Virus record (IMG/VR): IMGVR_UViG_3300032331_001766
Span: 49,081-113,080 of that record
DNA: 64,000 nt
From: a virus
Strand: one strand, 5' to 3'
Positions within the stretch are counted from its first letter, which is position 1. The number at the start of each line of letters is the position of its first letter. The notes under the pieces were generated by a model that saw nothing but the letters and a program-made list of their open reading frames with translations, ran no database searches and was not told the DNA's origin. Below, piece by piece: positions 30,172-40,099 of the stretch. Position numbers and translations under genes: made by a program.

Positions 30172-30517
30172 TTTCCCATCAGGCCTTGCTGTTAAAACAG
30201 ACAAGGGTACTTATTGGATTAAAGACGGAAAAAGATTTAAGTTGATCTCTGATAGAGCAACAAAGTCATGGTCTTTCCCAACCGTTAATGCAACCGAGTC
30301 CGCTATATCTTCAATGAAGATCGCAGGCAAGCTTGGATTTAGGGACGGGACCTTGATAAAGAATATAGCAGATGGTAAACTATATTTGATATCACAGAAT
30401 AAAAGAAGGCACATAATAGACCCAGATACATTTGAAAAATATGGATTAGATAGATCTAATATAATAGAAGTAAGCGAGTCTGAAGCCAATATGCACGAAC
30501 TAGGAGAAAATTTATAA
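30122..30517 (+). CDS. Hypothetical protein with two internal repeats
   Basis: GLAVKTDKGTYWIKDGKRFKL and GTLIKNIADGKLYLISQNKRRHI; start reassigned to MKLFK. Confidence 0.6.
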   Translation: MKLFKSTQTHLITSPTNFPSGLAVKTDKGTYWIKDGKRFKLISDRATKSWSFPTVNATESAISSMKIAGKLGFRDGTLIKNIADGKLYLISQNKRRHIIDPDTFEKYGLDRSNIIEVSESEANMHELGENL

Positions 30518-30945
30518 TGCCATTAGATCCATTTAAACCAATTACATTTAATGAGGGTGAACCTTTAGATCCCAACAAATTAAATGATATGCAAAAGAAT
30601 ACTAATGTGGCATATCAGGCATCAAATGTTGTATATAATTCAACATTAAATGCTCAGTCAAATCCTATTGTTCCAGTAATTAAAAGCGGTAACTTACAGT
30701 TTGGCAAGATGGCTGCTAAAGAAATTAAAACTTTAACACTCCCAAGCGACCTCCTTGTAGCAGGACTACCGACCCCACAGGTCGTTGCTTCATTTAGAAG
30801 CAAAGGTGCAAAAGATCAAATTGTAACAGTTAGTGTTCATGAAATTTCAACAAACCCATCAATCACAGTATATACAAGCACCGAAATAAGTAACTGCCTT
30901 GTTGACTGGATTGCAGTTACATACAAAGAAATAACTACTTCGTAG
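30517..30945 (+). CDS. Hypothetical protein, possible minor tail protein
   Basis: ITFNEGEPLDPNKLNDM N-terminus and a C-terminal VDWIAV beta domain resemble fibre/H-lectin-type ends. Confidence 0.45.
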   Translation: MPLDPFKPITFNEGEPLDPNKLNDMQKNTNVAYQASNVVYNSTLNAQSNPIVPVIKSGNLQFGKMAAKEIKTLTLPSDLLVAGLPTPQVVASFRSKGAKDQIVTVSVHEISTNPSITVYTSTEISNCLVDWIAVTYKEITTS

Positions 30946-30986
30946 TTGACAGCATAACTCAATATGTTACACTTAGGGTGTAACAT
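30946..30986 (+). promoter_or_regulatory. Promoter with overlapping palindromic operator
   Basis: TTGACA (30946-51), 16 nt, TACACT (30968-73); perfect inverted repeat ATGTTACAC-N5-GTGTAACAT (30964-30986). Confidence 0.6.
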
Positions 30987-30987
30987 C

Positions 30988-31012
30988 AAAGTCACGCACC
31001 CGTGACTTTTTT
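30988..31012 (+). terminator. Rho-independent terminator at the end of the structural module
   Basis: AAAGTCACG-CACC-CGTGACTTT followed by TTT. Confidence 0.75.
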
Positions 31013-31029
31013 CGTATAAAGGTATATAA

Positions 31030-31839
31030 ATGTCTAACGATTTAAAATGGATGATATCATCTGATCAGCAGTTCCCATATCAAGACGACAAAGCAATTGA
31101 GCTTTGGTTCAAGGTTATGAAGTGGTTTAAGCCAGATGTGGTTGATTACGCTGGAGATACAGACGATCAGGCATGCTACAGTAAGTACACAGAGGGACGC
31201 TCTGCAGAATTTTTAAAATTGCACAAGGATGAGAATGGACAACAGATTGTTCCACTTATGCAGCACGAAGCAAAGCTTGCAAGAGATTTTTATGCAAAGA
31301 CAAGAAAGATTGCTGGCAAAGACGCTCAGCTGTTTTCTGCTTTAGGAAATCACGACATCAGAGTATTTGATTATATTGATGCCAAGCTTCCAGATTATAT
31401 TAATGCGGTAACGCCAGAAACTTTATGGAGCCTAGACTCATTGGGCTACGAGTATATCTATTACAATGAACTACCTAAGCGCAGATTTGGAGACATGCAT
31501 ATTCATCATGGTGTTGCTATTTCTCAAAATGCTGGAGAGTCTGTTAAGAAAGACATCGACAACTTCGGGGTTTCTTTAATTAGAGGACACTCGCACAGAG
31601 CTGGAGTTATGTATCAGACTTATGAACTTCGCAATAACGGTAAGGGTGAAATTCTTCGTGGCTATGAGCTTGGACATATGTGTGATGAGAAGAGTGATGG
31701 AATGAAATACTCAACTACACACAACTGGCAGAAGGCTTTTGCTATTGCTCATATTGTAAATGACTATCCACACATGCAGTTAATTCATATTAACCAAGAT
31801 TACTCATGTGTTGTCGACGGGAAAACATTTACTTTATGA
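31030..31839 (+). CDS. Calcineurin-like metallophosphoesterase
   Basis: SDQQ(DxH-like), GDTDD, LGNHD, HHG and GHSHR motifs. Confidence 0.88.
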   Translation: MSNDLKWMISSDQQFPYQDDKAIELWFKVMKWFKPDVVDYAGDTDDQACYSKYTEGRSAEFLKLHKDENGQQIVPLMQHEAKLARDFYAKTRKIAGKDAQLFSALGNHDIRVFDYIDAKLPDYINAVTPETLWSLDSLGYEYIYYNELPKRRFGDMHIHHGVAISQNAGESVKKDIDNFGVSLIRGHSHRAGVMYQTYELRNNGKGEILRGYELGHMCDEKSDGMKYSTTHNWQKAFAIAHIVNDYPHMQLIHINQDYSCVVDGKTFTL

Positions 31840-32024
31840 TGACCTGCGGTAGATGTAATGGTAGGGTTTTTATAGATAGAGTATTTTCTCAAAAACTACA
31901 TATGGAATTGTTTTGCGTAATGTGCGGAAAACGATGGATGATTAATAAAGAAACGAATGCGCTGGCAAAATGTCTAGATCAAAAGGAAAGTCTACACGCA
32001 AAAAGTTTCTCTATTTCTTCTTAA
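31836..32024 (+). CDS. Small zinc-ribbon protein
   Basis: CGRC...CVMC; start at MMTC. Confidence 0.7.
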   Translation: MMTCGRCNGRVFIDRVFSQKLHMELFCVMCGKRWMINKETNALAKCLDQKESLHAKSFSISS

Positions 32025-32452
32025 ATAAGAAGTTGCATAAGGTGCTTAGGGCATCTCGTGCAAAAGATGAGATTATTGCTTGGTGTTATCCAGATAAGAA
32101 AAGAGTTCTATATTCTTATTCTCAGGTTAATAAGCACATGGAAAATGCATACTCAATGGTGCAGGTTGGAAAGATCTTAAATAAACATAAGATTACAATT
32201 GAGGATTATATCTTAGACGGCAAAATTAAAGAGCCACAAAGATTATATCCAATAGGAAATCCAGAAAGCACATGGTCTAAGTATATGTTTAGTGAAGCAG
32301 ATATATTTGATCTTCACCAATTTATATTAGACTCAGGGTATGCCTCTGAGATGCCATCAAAAAATGAATTATCAGCTATTCTCAAAAACAATTTAATACT
32401 GTATACTAAGACCGAAGAGGGCAAGTTTGTCCCAGTATGGAAGGCGGAGTAA
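31970..32452 (+). CDS. DNA-binding protein (HTH)
   Basis: AYSMVQVGKILNKHKITIEDYILDGKI resembles MerR/excisionase-type HTH. Confidence 0.55.
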   Translation: MSRSKGKSTRKKFLYFFLNKKLHKVLRASRAKDEIIAWCYPDKKRVLYSYSQVNKHMENAYSMVQVGKILNKHKITIEDYILDGKIKEPQRLYPIGNPESTWSKYMFSEADIFDLHQFILDSGYASEMPSKNELSAILKNNLILYTKTEEGKFVPVWKAE

Positions 32453-32658
32453 TGTCAGAGACCAAGGTAAAGGTGGACTTGTCGTTCACACGCAATTTAG
32501 GAAACTATGAAAGTATCAAGATAGGTATTGGAGTAGAAGATACAATTCGTCAAGGCGAAAATGTAGATACCGCAACTGAAAGAGTATATAAGTTTGTTGA
32601 AGATAAGCTTATTGAAAAAACTCGTGAGGTAGAGGAAGAGCTAAAGCGTGGCAAATGA
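32452..32658 (+). CDS. Conserved phage hypothetical protein
   Basis: FTRNLGNYESIKI motif; coupled start. Confidence 0.65.
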   Translation: MSETKVKVDLSFTRNLGNYESIKIGIGVEDTIRQGENVDTATERVYKFVEDKLIEKTREVEEELKRGK

Positions 32659-32971
32659 GAAAGAGCCATATGTACTAATTGGGCTGTACGAAACTTTGTA
32701 TAAAGAGAAGTATGGCAAGAAGCCTACCATGAATAAGTTTCGTGAAAAGTGGGCCATGAAGGATGTCATAGATAGCGTAGGCCTTGACCGAGCTAAAGAG
32801 ATTTTGATATACTACTTTACTCTTACTAAAGGCGGACACCCATTGCAGTTCTTTTTCTACAATTTTGATAGACTAAATACTGCAATTATGGAAGTTGAAA
32901 AGGATAAAGAAAGACGTCGTTTGTTGCTAGAAGAAACGAAAAATATGGTTCAAAGAGGCGGAATAGAATGA
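32648..32971 (+). CDS. Hypothetical protein upstream of helicase
   Basis: GTG start; coupled to dnaB. Confidence 0.6.
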   Translation: MANEKEPYVLIGLYETLYKEKYGKKPTMNKFREKWAMKDVIDSVGLDRAKEILIYYFTLTKGGHPLQFFFYNFDRLNTAIMEVEKDKERRRLLLEETKNMVQRGGIE

Positions 32972-34215
32972 ACACAGAAGCAACACTAATCTCAGCAGTG
33001 TGTAAGAATAAAGACATAAGTACTCTACTTGCTGATAACGTAGATGATCTATTTACCTCTCACAAAGATATCTGGGAAGGCTTAAAGTCATATTACTATA
33101 AATTTAAAGCAGTGCCAGAAGCGGGAGTGCTACTTGAGAAGTTTAAAGATTTTGAGATTGATACTAATGTAAAAGCTGAAACTGGATATTATTTAGATAA
33201 GCTTAAGAATGAATATCTTTCTAATAGACTTAAGAATATTATTATTAAAAGCGGTTCAATGCTTAAAGAAGATGCCGCATCAAGAGTTTTATCAGAAATG
33301 CAAGCACAGCTAGCTTCTCTTAGTAAGTTTACAAGTAATGTTCGTGATTTAGATATTACAGATGCAGACAATGCCATTAAACATTTTGAAGCAACAAAGG
33401 TTCGTTCTGTTGAAATGGGCGGATCTCCTGGAATTAAAACTGGGTTTGAAGCAATTGATTTAGCATATCCAACAGGAATGGCTCCAGGACATTTAATTGT
33501 TGCTATTGGTTGGCCAGGCCGTGGTAAGACATGGTTTACATCCTATCTTGCATGCAAAGCATGGGAGCAAGGATTTAAGCCTATGATCGTATCACTTGAA
33601 ATGTCGCCAGAAAATATGCGTGACCGTATCTATACTATGTTGGGTTCTGGTTTATTTAAAGCTAGCGAATTAGCAACTGGAGATATTAATATTGATGATT
33701 TTAGATCATGGTCTAATAAGAAGTTTGAAAACAAAAATGGCTTTGTCCTTGTATCAAATGAGGGAATGGCAGAAGTTACACCAGCAACTATTCAAGGAAA
33801 GATTGACCAGCATAAGCCAGATCTAGTTATTCTTGATTATCATCAGCTATTTTCAGATAACAAAAAGAGCATGGGTGCTACAGAGCGTAACATGAATATC
33901 TCTCGTGAGTTCAAGATGCTTGCTATGACAAACAATATTCCAGTTATTGATATTACTGCAGCAACCATGGATGACGTTTCAGATCAAGACAACCCTCCGA
34001 TGCTTTCTCAGGTGGCATGGTCTAAGGCCATTGAGTATGATGCTGATATGGCTATCGCTATTCATAAGTACACTGGCACTCAAATGATTGAAGTTGTTTC
34101 AAGAAAGAATAGACATGGACAAGAGTTTGGGATGTATCTAGACTGGGATATCAATCGTGGTATCGTCAAAGAGATTTATGAAAATCCTTTTGCGAATGAC
34201 GCACAAAAGAATTAA
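32968..34215 (+). CDS. dnaB: DnaB-like replicative helicase
   Basis: Walker A GWPGRGKT, SLEM, ILDYHQL, AIEYDAD and KNRHG. Confidence 0.95.
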   Translation: MNTEATLISAVCKNKDISTLLADNVDDLFTSHKDIWEGLKSYYYKFKAVPEAGVLLEKFKDFEIDTNVKAETGYYLDKLKNEYLSNRLKNIIIKSGSMLKEDAASRVLSEMQAQLASLSKFTSNVRDLDITDADNAIKHFEATKVRSVEMGGSPGIKTGFEAIDLAYPTGMAPGHLIVAIGWPGRGKTWFTSYLACKAWEQGFKPMIVSLEMSPENMRDRIYTMLGSGLFKASELATGDINIDDFRSWSNKKFENKNGFVLVSNEGMAEVTPATIQGKIDQHKPDLVILDYHQLFSDNKKSMGATERNMNISREFKMLAMTNNIPVIDITAATMDDVSDQDNPPMLSQVAWSKAIEYDADMAIAIHKYTGTQMIEVVSRKNRHGQEFGMYLDWDINRGIVKEIYENPFANDAQKN

Positions 34216-34498
34216 AAGATTTCAAATCGATGTTGAGTTTGGGGATAACGCACAGTTAATAAGCTTAAGGCCTCAGTATGAAAATTTATTAATACATGAT
34301 ATGAGGTCTAAGGGATACGTCAGGGTACTTGACATAGACCCAGCTTTTTCGGTAGAATTCACAGGTGAAACATGGAAGTTCTTAATGACTCTCCATGGCG
34401 TATACGTAGGAAAGAAGAAGGCATGGCAATCAGAGGGCATAATACAAAGCAGGTTGATACCACGCAATATTCCCCAGCGCACATTAAGTCAATATTAA
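34196..34498 (+). CDS. Hypothetical protein
   Basis: ORF between helicase and primase, overlapping both; start at MTHKR. Confidence 0.6.
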   Translation: MTHKRIKRFQIDVEFGDNAQLISLRPQYENLLIHDMRSKGYVRVLDIDPAFSVEFTGETWKFLMTLHGVYVGKKKAWQSEGIIQSRLIPRNIPQRTLSQY

Positions 34499-35421
34499 AA
34501 TCAATTGGCTTGGAGATAGTTGGAGAAACAAACAACGATTTCCTATGCTACTGTCCATTTCATTCTAATAGACACACCTCCAGCTTTAGCGTAAGCCGTG
34601 AAAAAGGAGCATTCATTTGCTTTAACCCCTCATGCGGAGAAGCTGGAACCCTACTTGAATTAGTAAAGCGCACAATGCACAAGAATGATTTTGAGTCTAT
34701 GAGATTTATATCATCAAAAGAAACGGAAGCCCTAGAGAATTTTGATGAACTACTTAATGATGCTATAGCCGACACACCCACCTTTCAAGAATTTCCACAT
34801 GAGACTTTAGTTAAATTAAATGATGATCTAGTTACCGAATGGAAAGCTCAGAAGTATTTTGAGTCTAGAGGAATCAATATGGATTCAGGTAAACATTTTA
34901 ATTTAGGATATTCAAAAAATATGGATATGGTAACGGTTCCAGTTCATAGTCCAGACGGAATGCCAATTGGTATTGTTGGAAGATCTATTGAAGGAAAGTC
35001 ATTTAAAAATAGTACCAATCTTCCAAAGAGCAAGACATTATTTAATGTTCACAGAGCAAAGAAAATTGGAGACCATGTAATTGTTGTAGAGTCCAGCTTT
35101 GATGCAATTAGAATTCATCAGGCTGGCTTTCCAAATGTTGTTGCAACCCTAGGAGGGTTTTTGTCAACAGAGCAACATCATTTACTTAATAGATACTTTA
35201 ATAGAATAACTATAATGACAGACTCAGATTTAGCTGGCAGAGAGTTGGGCTTGAGCATAGCTAATAAATTAAGAATGAAAGACATCTTGTGGTCCTCTTA
35301 CTCTTATGGTAAGATATACCCACATGATGCAAAAGATGCAGGGGATATGACTGATGAAGAAATTAAAACCTGTATTAAAAATGCTGTATCCGATATAGAA
35401 TACAGATCTTGGAATCAATGA
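34423..35421 (+). CDS. dnaG: DNA primase (CHC2 zinc finger plus TOPRIM)
   Basis: CPFH...CFNPSC, VVESSFD, VATLG, DSDLAG and KDAGD. Confidence 0.93.
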   Translation: MAIRGHNTKQVDTTQYSPAHIKSILKSIGLEIVGETNNDFLCYCPFHSNRHTSSFSVSREKGAFICFNPSCGEAGTLLELVKRTMHKNDFESMRFISSKETEALENFDELLNDAIADTPTFQEFPHETLVKLNDDLVTEWKAQKYFESRGINMDSGKHFNLGYSKNMDMVTVPVHSPDGMPIGIVGRSIEGKSFKNSTNLPKSKTLFNVHRAKKIGDHVIVVESSFDAIRIHQAGFPNVVATLGGFLSTEQHHLLNRYFNRITIMTDSDLAGRELGLSIANKLRMKDILWSSYSYGKIYPHDAKDAGDMTDEEIKTCIKNAVSDIEYRSWNQ

Positions 35422-35475
35422 TATAATAGTAATACAGATGGATATATACCATCAACTATATAACAAGGAGAAAAA

Positions 35476-36153
35476 ATGGGAATCGTAAAAGGTTTAAAAG
35501 ATTTAAATAAAGTAATGGATAAGCCACAGTCTTCAGGTGGTTCAGATGGAGTTAAGGCACGTTGGGCCAAACTAGAGGATGCAGAGAGCGTTAAGATTCG
35601 TTTTCTCCAAGAACTAGATCCAGACTCACCAACATATGATGAAAAATTAGGTCTGGGATTTATTGCCGTTGAGCACACAAACCCGAAAGATTACCGTCGC
35701 AAGGCGCTATGTTCTATGGAAGACCAAGGTAAGTGCTACGGTTGCGAACAGCATCGCAAAGATTATAAAGCTGGTTGGAAGGGTCGCTCACGTCTATACA
35801 TTAATGTTTTAATTGATGATGGAAAAGAAGACCCATATGTTGCAATTCTTTCACAGGGATCAAGCGGAAAGACAATTACTCCTACATTAATTGAATACGC
35901 TGGTGAAATGGGTTCAATTACAAACCTTATGTGGCGCATTAAACGCTCAGGTACTAAGACAGACACAAGTTATACAATTATTCCATTGGCAAAAGATGAG
36001 TCTAAGTTTGACACATCTTCTTTGGAATTGTATGATTTAGAAACAACAGCAGTTAGAGACATGCCATACACAGAGCAAGATGCATTTTTTGCTGGTGAAG
36101 GCGGAAACAATAGCGAAGATTCATCTTCAACAGATTCAAATCTAGCCTGGTAG
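35476..36153 (+). CDS. Single-stranded DNA-binding protein (gp32-like)
   Basis: KIRFL, H..C..CYGC zinc motif, IKRSGTKTDTSY and an acidic C-terminal tail ending in an aromatic residue. Confidence 0.8.
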   Translation: MGIVKGLKDLNKVMDKPQSSGGSDGVKARWAKLEDAESVKIRFLQELDPDSPTYDEKLGLGFIAVEHTNPKDYRRKALCSMEDQGKCYGCEQHRKDYKAGWKGRSRLYINVLIDDGKEDPYVAILSQGSSGKTITPTLIEYAGEMGSITNLMWRIKRSGTKTDTSYTIIPLAKDESKFDTSSLELYDLETTAVRDMPYTEQDAFFAGEGGNNSEDSSSTDSNLAW

Positions 36154-36158
36154 TTTGT

Positions 36159-36182
36159 TGGGGAGCAGGCAACTGCTCCCCA
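36159..36182 (+). other. Stable GNRA hairpin between ssb and tRNA-Leu
   Basis: TGGGGAGCAG-GCAA-CTGCTCCCCA: 10-bp stem, no U-tract. Confidence 0.7.
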
Positions 36183-36185
36183 TAT

Positions 36186-36258
36186 GCCAGAGTAGCCCAG
36201 CGGTAGAGGCGGTAGACTTAAAATCTATACAGCGTGGGTTCGAATCCCACCTTTGGTA
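36186..36258 (+). tRNA. tRNA-Leu(TAA), short variable arm
   Basis: Acceptor GCCAGAG/CTTTGGT, anticodon loop CTTAAAA, T-arm GTGGG-TTCGAAT-CCCAC; no encoded CCA. Confidence 0.9.
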
Positions 36259-36278
36259 CACAATAGAAAACGGCGGAC

Positions 36279-36485
36279 ATGATTAGTTTAGAAATACCAG
36301 ATCCATTTGAAACCTTTGTTTCAAATAAATACAAAAACTTTAAAGGCATGCTTTATGACTTCTTTGGACAAGAATGGCATATGAATTGCGGTTGTTGTAA
36401 TGAAGATTTATACGCACCAACAAAAAAGATTATGACAAAGATTAGACTTTATCATACTAGAAATGAATGTACAGGCGGATACTAA
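36279..36485 (+). CDS. Small Cys/His-containing protein
   Basis: CGCC...HTRNEC. Confidence 0.6.
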   Translation: MISLEIPDPFETFVSNKYKNFKGMLYDFFGQEWHMNCGCCNEDLYAPTKKIMTKIRLYHTRNECTGGY

Positions 36486-36628
36486 TGAGCGAGATATGCA
36501 ATAAATACGGTTGCAGTTTTGAGCTGGACCTTGACGGTCAAGTCACATGTTCATCTTGTGGAGCAATGGATGATGACAAACAAACAATTTCTTTAGAACA
36601 TTTTGAAAATCAGGTGGACTTTGAGTAA
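36485..36628 (+). CDS. Small zinc-binding-like protein (47 aa, not in ORF track)
   Basis: MSEICNKYGC...TCSSCGAMDDD; coupled on both sides. Confidence 0.6.
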   Translation: MSEICNKYGCSFELDLDGQVTCSSCGAMDDDKQTISLEHFENQVDFE

Positions 36629-39600
36629 TCAGTTTACACACCTTCACGTTCATTCATACTATTCATTAATGGATGGACTAAATTCACCTAAAGAATTATG
36701 TCAAGCTGCATTAGATGCAGGGCAGACAGTAATTGCAATTACAGACCATGGAACATTGTCTTCACATCGTGAAATGCAGATTGCTGCAAAAGAATTAGGT
36801 ATCAAGCCAATACTTGGAGTAGAAGCGTACATATCTCCTACAGATAGATTTGATCGCTCTTCTAAAACAGATAAATCAATTCAAGCCTACAACCACATAA
36901 TATTGTTGGCTAAAAATAAAAAGGGATTAGAGAATATTAACAAGCTCCAAGAGCTTGCATGGAATGAAGGCTTTTATCATAAGCCACGTATCGATAGAGA
37001 GGTTTTAAATGAATACAAAGAGGGCATTATTGTTCTTTCTGGATGTCTTAATGGGCTTATTTCGAAGTGCATTGAAAAAGGTGAGTTCAAAGAAGCAAAG
37101 CTTATCCTACAAGATTTTAAGAAAAATTTTGCTGAGGATTTCTATATTGAAGTGCAGTCTCACAATCCCCAAGAAATAAATTCAAAGCTTCTTGAATTAG
37201 CGGATGAGCTTAAGATTAAAGCGGTGGCAACTGGAGATGCTCACTTTGCTAAAGAAGAAGATAGAATTCTAGAAGAGGCCATGCTTATCTTGTCTACATC
37301 CCCAAAGTTAGATAAGGATTCAGACTTTGATATGTCTAGAAATATAAAAGACATGCTAGATAGATTTAATTACTTATATCCTGACCGTAGAATATCATTC
37401 CAGGATATGAATTTATTTATCCAGAGCCGCTCAGAAATTGAGGCTGATTTTAATAAGGCTGGAATTGCTCGTACAGATATTTATGAAAATACAATGGAAA
37501 TTTCTAATAAGGTTGGAGACTATGACTTCTATCAAGGCCTAGACCTCCTACCAGTCCCAAAGACCGATGCTGATGATAAGCTTAGAGAGATGACTCTAAA
37601 GGGCTTAGAGAGGCTTCAGAAGGCTTCTGATGAGGTTTATCTGGCACGTGTAGAAGAAGAGCTATCGGTAATTGCCTCTAAAAACTTTGCCTCTTACTTT
37701 CTAGTTGTTGGAGATATGATTAATTGGGCAAAAGAAACTGGCATCCGTGTAGGTCCAGGACGTGGTTCTGCAGCAGGTTCCCTAGTCTGCTACGCCCTTG
37801 GAATCACAGACGTGGATCCAATTAAATATAACTTATTGTTCTTTAGATTTATTAACCCAGAACGTAATGACTTTCCAGATATTGATACAGACTTTGAAGA
37901 CCGTCGTCGTAAGGAAGTTAAAGAATATTTAAAGAAGAAATTTAAACACGTAGCATCTATTTCAACGTATACTTATTTTAAAGATAAGGGTGTAATTCGT
38001 GATGCTGCTCGTGTATTTATGGTTCCACTTCAAGAAGTTAATCGTGCAACAAAACAAATTGATACCTTTGAAGATTTTTTAAGTTCACCAAATACAAAAG
38101 AATTTAGAACTAAGTACCCAGAAGTTGTTTGGCTTGCAGATAGATTACGTGGTCGAATTCGTTCAGTAGGAGTACACGCAGCAGGTGTTGTTGTAGCTAA
38201 AAATGATCTTAGAAACTATGCTCCAGTAGAGTCTCGTGAAGATGCACAAGATAAAGTTTCTGGAAGAATCCCAGTTGTTGCTTATGATATGGATACTGTC
38301 GCCGACATTGGATTGATTAAGCTTGATGCTTTGGGTCTAAAGACTCTTTCTGTTATATCAGACACATTAGAGTCAATTAAAAAAAGAAAAAATAAAGATA
38401 TTAATTTATCAGAATTAAAAATGGATGACCCAAAAGTTTATCAGATGCTAAGTGAGGGATATACAAAGGGTGTGTTTCAGGCAGAAGCAACTCCATATAC
38501 AAACCTTTTAATGAAAATGGGTGTAGACAAGTTTGAGGACCTTGTTGCTTCTAATGCACTAGTTAGGCCAGGTGCAATGAATACTGTAGGAGCTGCTTAT
38601 ATAAATAGAAAGCATGGAAGAGAAGCAGTTGACTATAGTCATGTTCTTATGAAAGATTTTACAGAAAACACATATGGTGTTATCATTTATCAAGAGCAAG
38701 TTATGCAGGCATGCGTACACTTGGGAGGAATGTCTTGGGCAGAGGCTGATAAGGTCCGCAAGATTATTGGAAAGAAAAAAGATGCAAAAGAGTTTGACCA
38801 ATTCAAAGATCAGTTTGTTGCTGGGGCTTCAAAACACATTACTCAGAAAAAAGCAGAGGCGCTTTGGCACGACTTTGAAGCGCATGCTGGTTATTCTTTC
38901 AACCGCTCCCATGCTGTTGCTTACTCTATGCTTAGTTATTATACTGCTTGGCTTAAGTCCTATTATCCTCTTGAGTTCATGTTTTCAATTCTTAAAAACG
39001 AAAATGATAAAGATGCGAGAACAGAATATTTAATTGAAGCTAAAAGACTTGGACTTAAAATTATGCTTCCGCATATTAATGAGTCTGAAATTTATTTCTC
39101 ATTGCAGGATGAAGGTATTCGTTTTGGCTTAGCCGAAGTTAAATTTATTTCTGATAGTATTGCAAATAAAATTATGGACTTAAGGCCATTTAAAGACTAT
39201 TCTGATTTTATTGATAAGGCTTCTAAAAAGGGAAGCGGTGTTAACAGTCGTGCAATTGCAGCGCTTAATGCTATTGGTGGCGCAGCATTTCCTGATAACC
39301 CAAGATCTGGTTTAGAAAAAGATAGTTACTACGAATATCTTGGCATACCTACTTTTAATTTGGCTGGCATTCCTCCAAGAATTAAAGCACAAGCTAGACC
39401 AATCGAAGAGTTTGATGACCTCGGTTCTTTTGTTATGTTTGGTATGGTAAAAAGTATTAAGCGAGGAACTGGCTGGGCGAGAGTAGAGCTAGTAGATGAA
39501 ACTGGAACTATTGGTCTGTTTCACAATGAAGACACTCAAATTGAAACTAATCAGATGTACTTCATTCTTGTAGGTGACAATAGAATTGCCAGATACATTA

Positions 39601-39896
39601 AGGTAAATGAAATTGATCCAAATGGCTCTGATCTTTTTGTAGACTACTTATATAGAAAAGAATATGATTTAGAGGAAGATGAATATATGGTTGTTAATTT
39701 TAATCCATATAAAACAAAGGCTGGCAAGATGATGAGCCATATTGTACTAAGTAATAAAGAAAAAGAGCTTACAAGAGCAATTGTTTTTCCAACTATGTAC
39801 AAAATGTCTTTAGCTAAAATGCGTGAAGGCATGAAGTGCAAAGTTGTTCTTTCAAAATTAGATGATGGAACATTAAATATTAAGGAGATATTATGA
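36621..39896 (+). CDS. dnaE: DNA polymerase III alpha subunit (DnaE-type)
   Basis: PHP domain HLHVHS, TDHG and GDAH; GPGRGSAAGS, PDIDTDF, HAAGVV, KLDALGL and YSFNRSHA. TTG 36621 start is inferred. Confidence 0.96.
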   Translation: MSNQFTHLHVHSYYSLMDGLNSPKELCQAALDAGQTVIAITDHGTLSSHREMQIAAKELGIKPILGVEAYISPTDRFDRSSKTDKSIQAYNHIILLAKNKKGLENINKLQELAWNEGFYHKPRIDREVLNEYKEGIIVLSGCLNGLISKCIEKGEFKEAKLILQDFKKNFAEDFYIEVQSHNPQEINSKLLELADELKIKAVATGDAHFAKEEDRILEEAMLILSTSPKLDKDSDFDMSRNIKDMLDRFNYLYPDRRISFQDMNLFIQSRSEIEADFNKAGIARTDIYENTMEISNKVGDYDFYQGLDLLPVPKTDADDKLREMTLKGLERLQKASDEVYLARVEEELSVIASKNFASYFLVVGDMINWAKETGIRVGPGRGSAAGSLVCYALGITDVDPIKYNLLFFRFINPERNDFPDIDTDFEDRRRKEVKEYLKKKFKHVASISTYTYFKDKGVIRDAARVFMVPLQEVNRATKQIDTFEDFLSSPNTKEFRTKYPEVVWLADRLRGRIRSVGVHAAGVVVAKNDLRNYAPVESREDAQDKVSGRIPVVAYDMDTVADIGLIKLDALGLKTLSVISDTLESIKKRKNKDINLSELKMDDPKVYQMLSEGYTKGVFQAEATPYTNLLMKMGVDKFEDLVASNALVRPGAMNTVGAAYINRKHGREAVDYSHVLMKDFTENTYGVIIYQEQVMQACVHLGGMSWAEADKVRKIIGKKKDAKEFDQFKDQFVAGASKHITQKKAEALWHDFEAHAGYSFNRSHAVAYSMLSYYTAWLKSYYPLEFMFSILKNENDKDARTEYLIEAKRLGLKIMLPHINESEIYFSLQDEGIRFGLAEVKFISDSIANKIMDLRPFKDYSDFIDKASKKGSGVNSRAIAALNAIGGAAFPDNPRSGLEKDSYYEYLGIPTFNLAGIPPRIKAQARPIEEFDDLGSFVMFGMVKSIKRGTGWARVELVDETGTIGLFHNEDTQIETNQMYFILVGDNRIARYIKVNEIDPNGSDLFVDYLYRKEYDLEEDEYMVVNFNPYKTKAGKMMSHIVLSNKEKELTRAIVFPTMYKMSLAKMREGMKCKVVLSKLDDGTLNIKEIL

Positions 39897-40099
39897 GCGT
39901 AACAATTGAAGAAATAATGCCGACATTGACGGCGACAAAAGTTTTAGTTTCTATTTTAGAAACACTGGAGAAAGCGGAAGTACCTCTTTCTACATTTGTA
40001 AGCATGCAGTCAGAAGACCGTGAGCTTGAAGTAAATTATAATGGAGAAAAAGATTTGATTGTCTTTTCTTTAAAAAAGGCAGATGAAGTTAATGAATAA
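39893..40099 (+). CDS. Hypothetical protein
   Basis: Coupled ORF after dnaE. Confidence 0.6.
   Translation: MSVTIEEIMPTLTATKVLVSILETLEKAEVPLSTFVSMQSEDRELEVNYNGEKDLIVFSLKKADEVNE

Noticed and set aside
36621-39896. Intein or intron in dnaE (also checked dnaB, recA and terL)
   Set aside because: Lengths are normal and motifs contiguous; no C...HN splice junctions or LAGLIDADG motifs seen.
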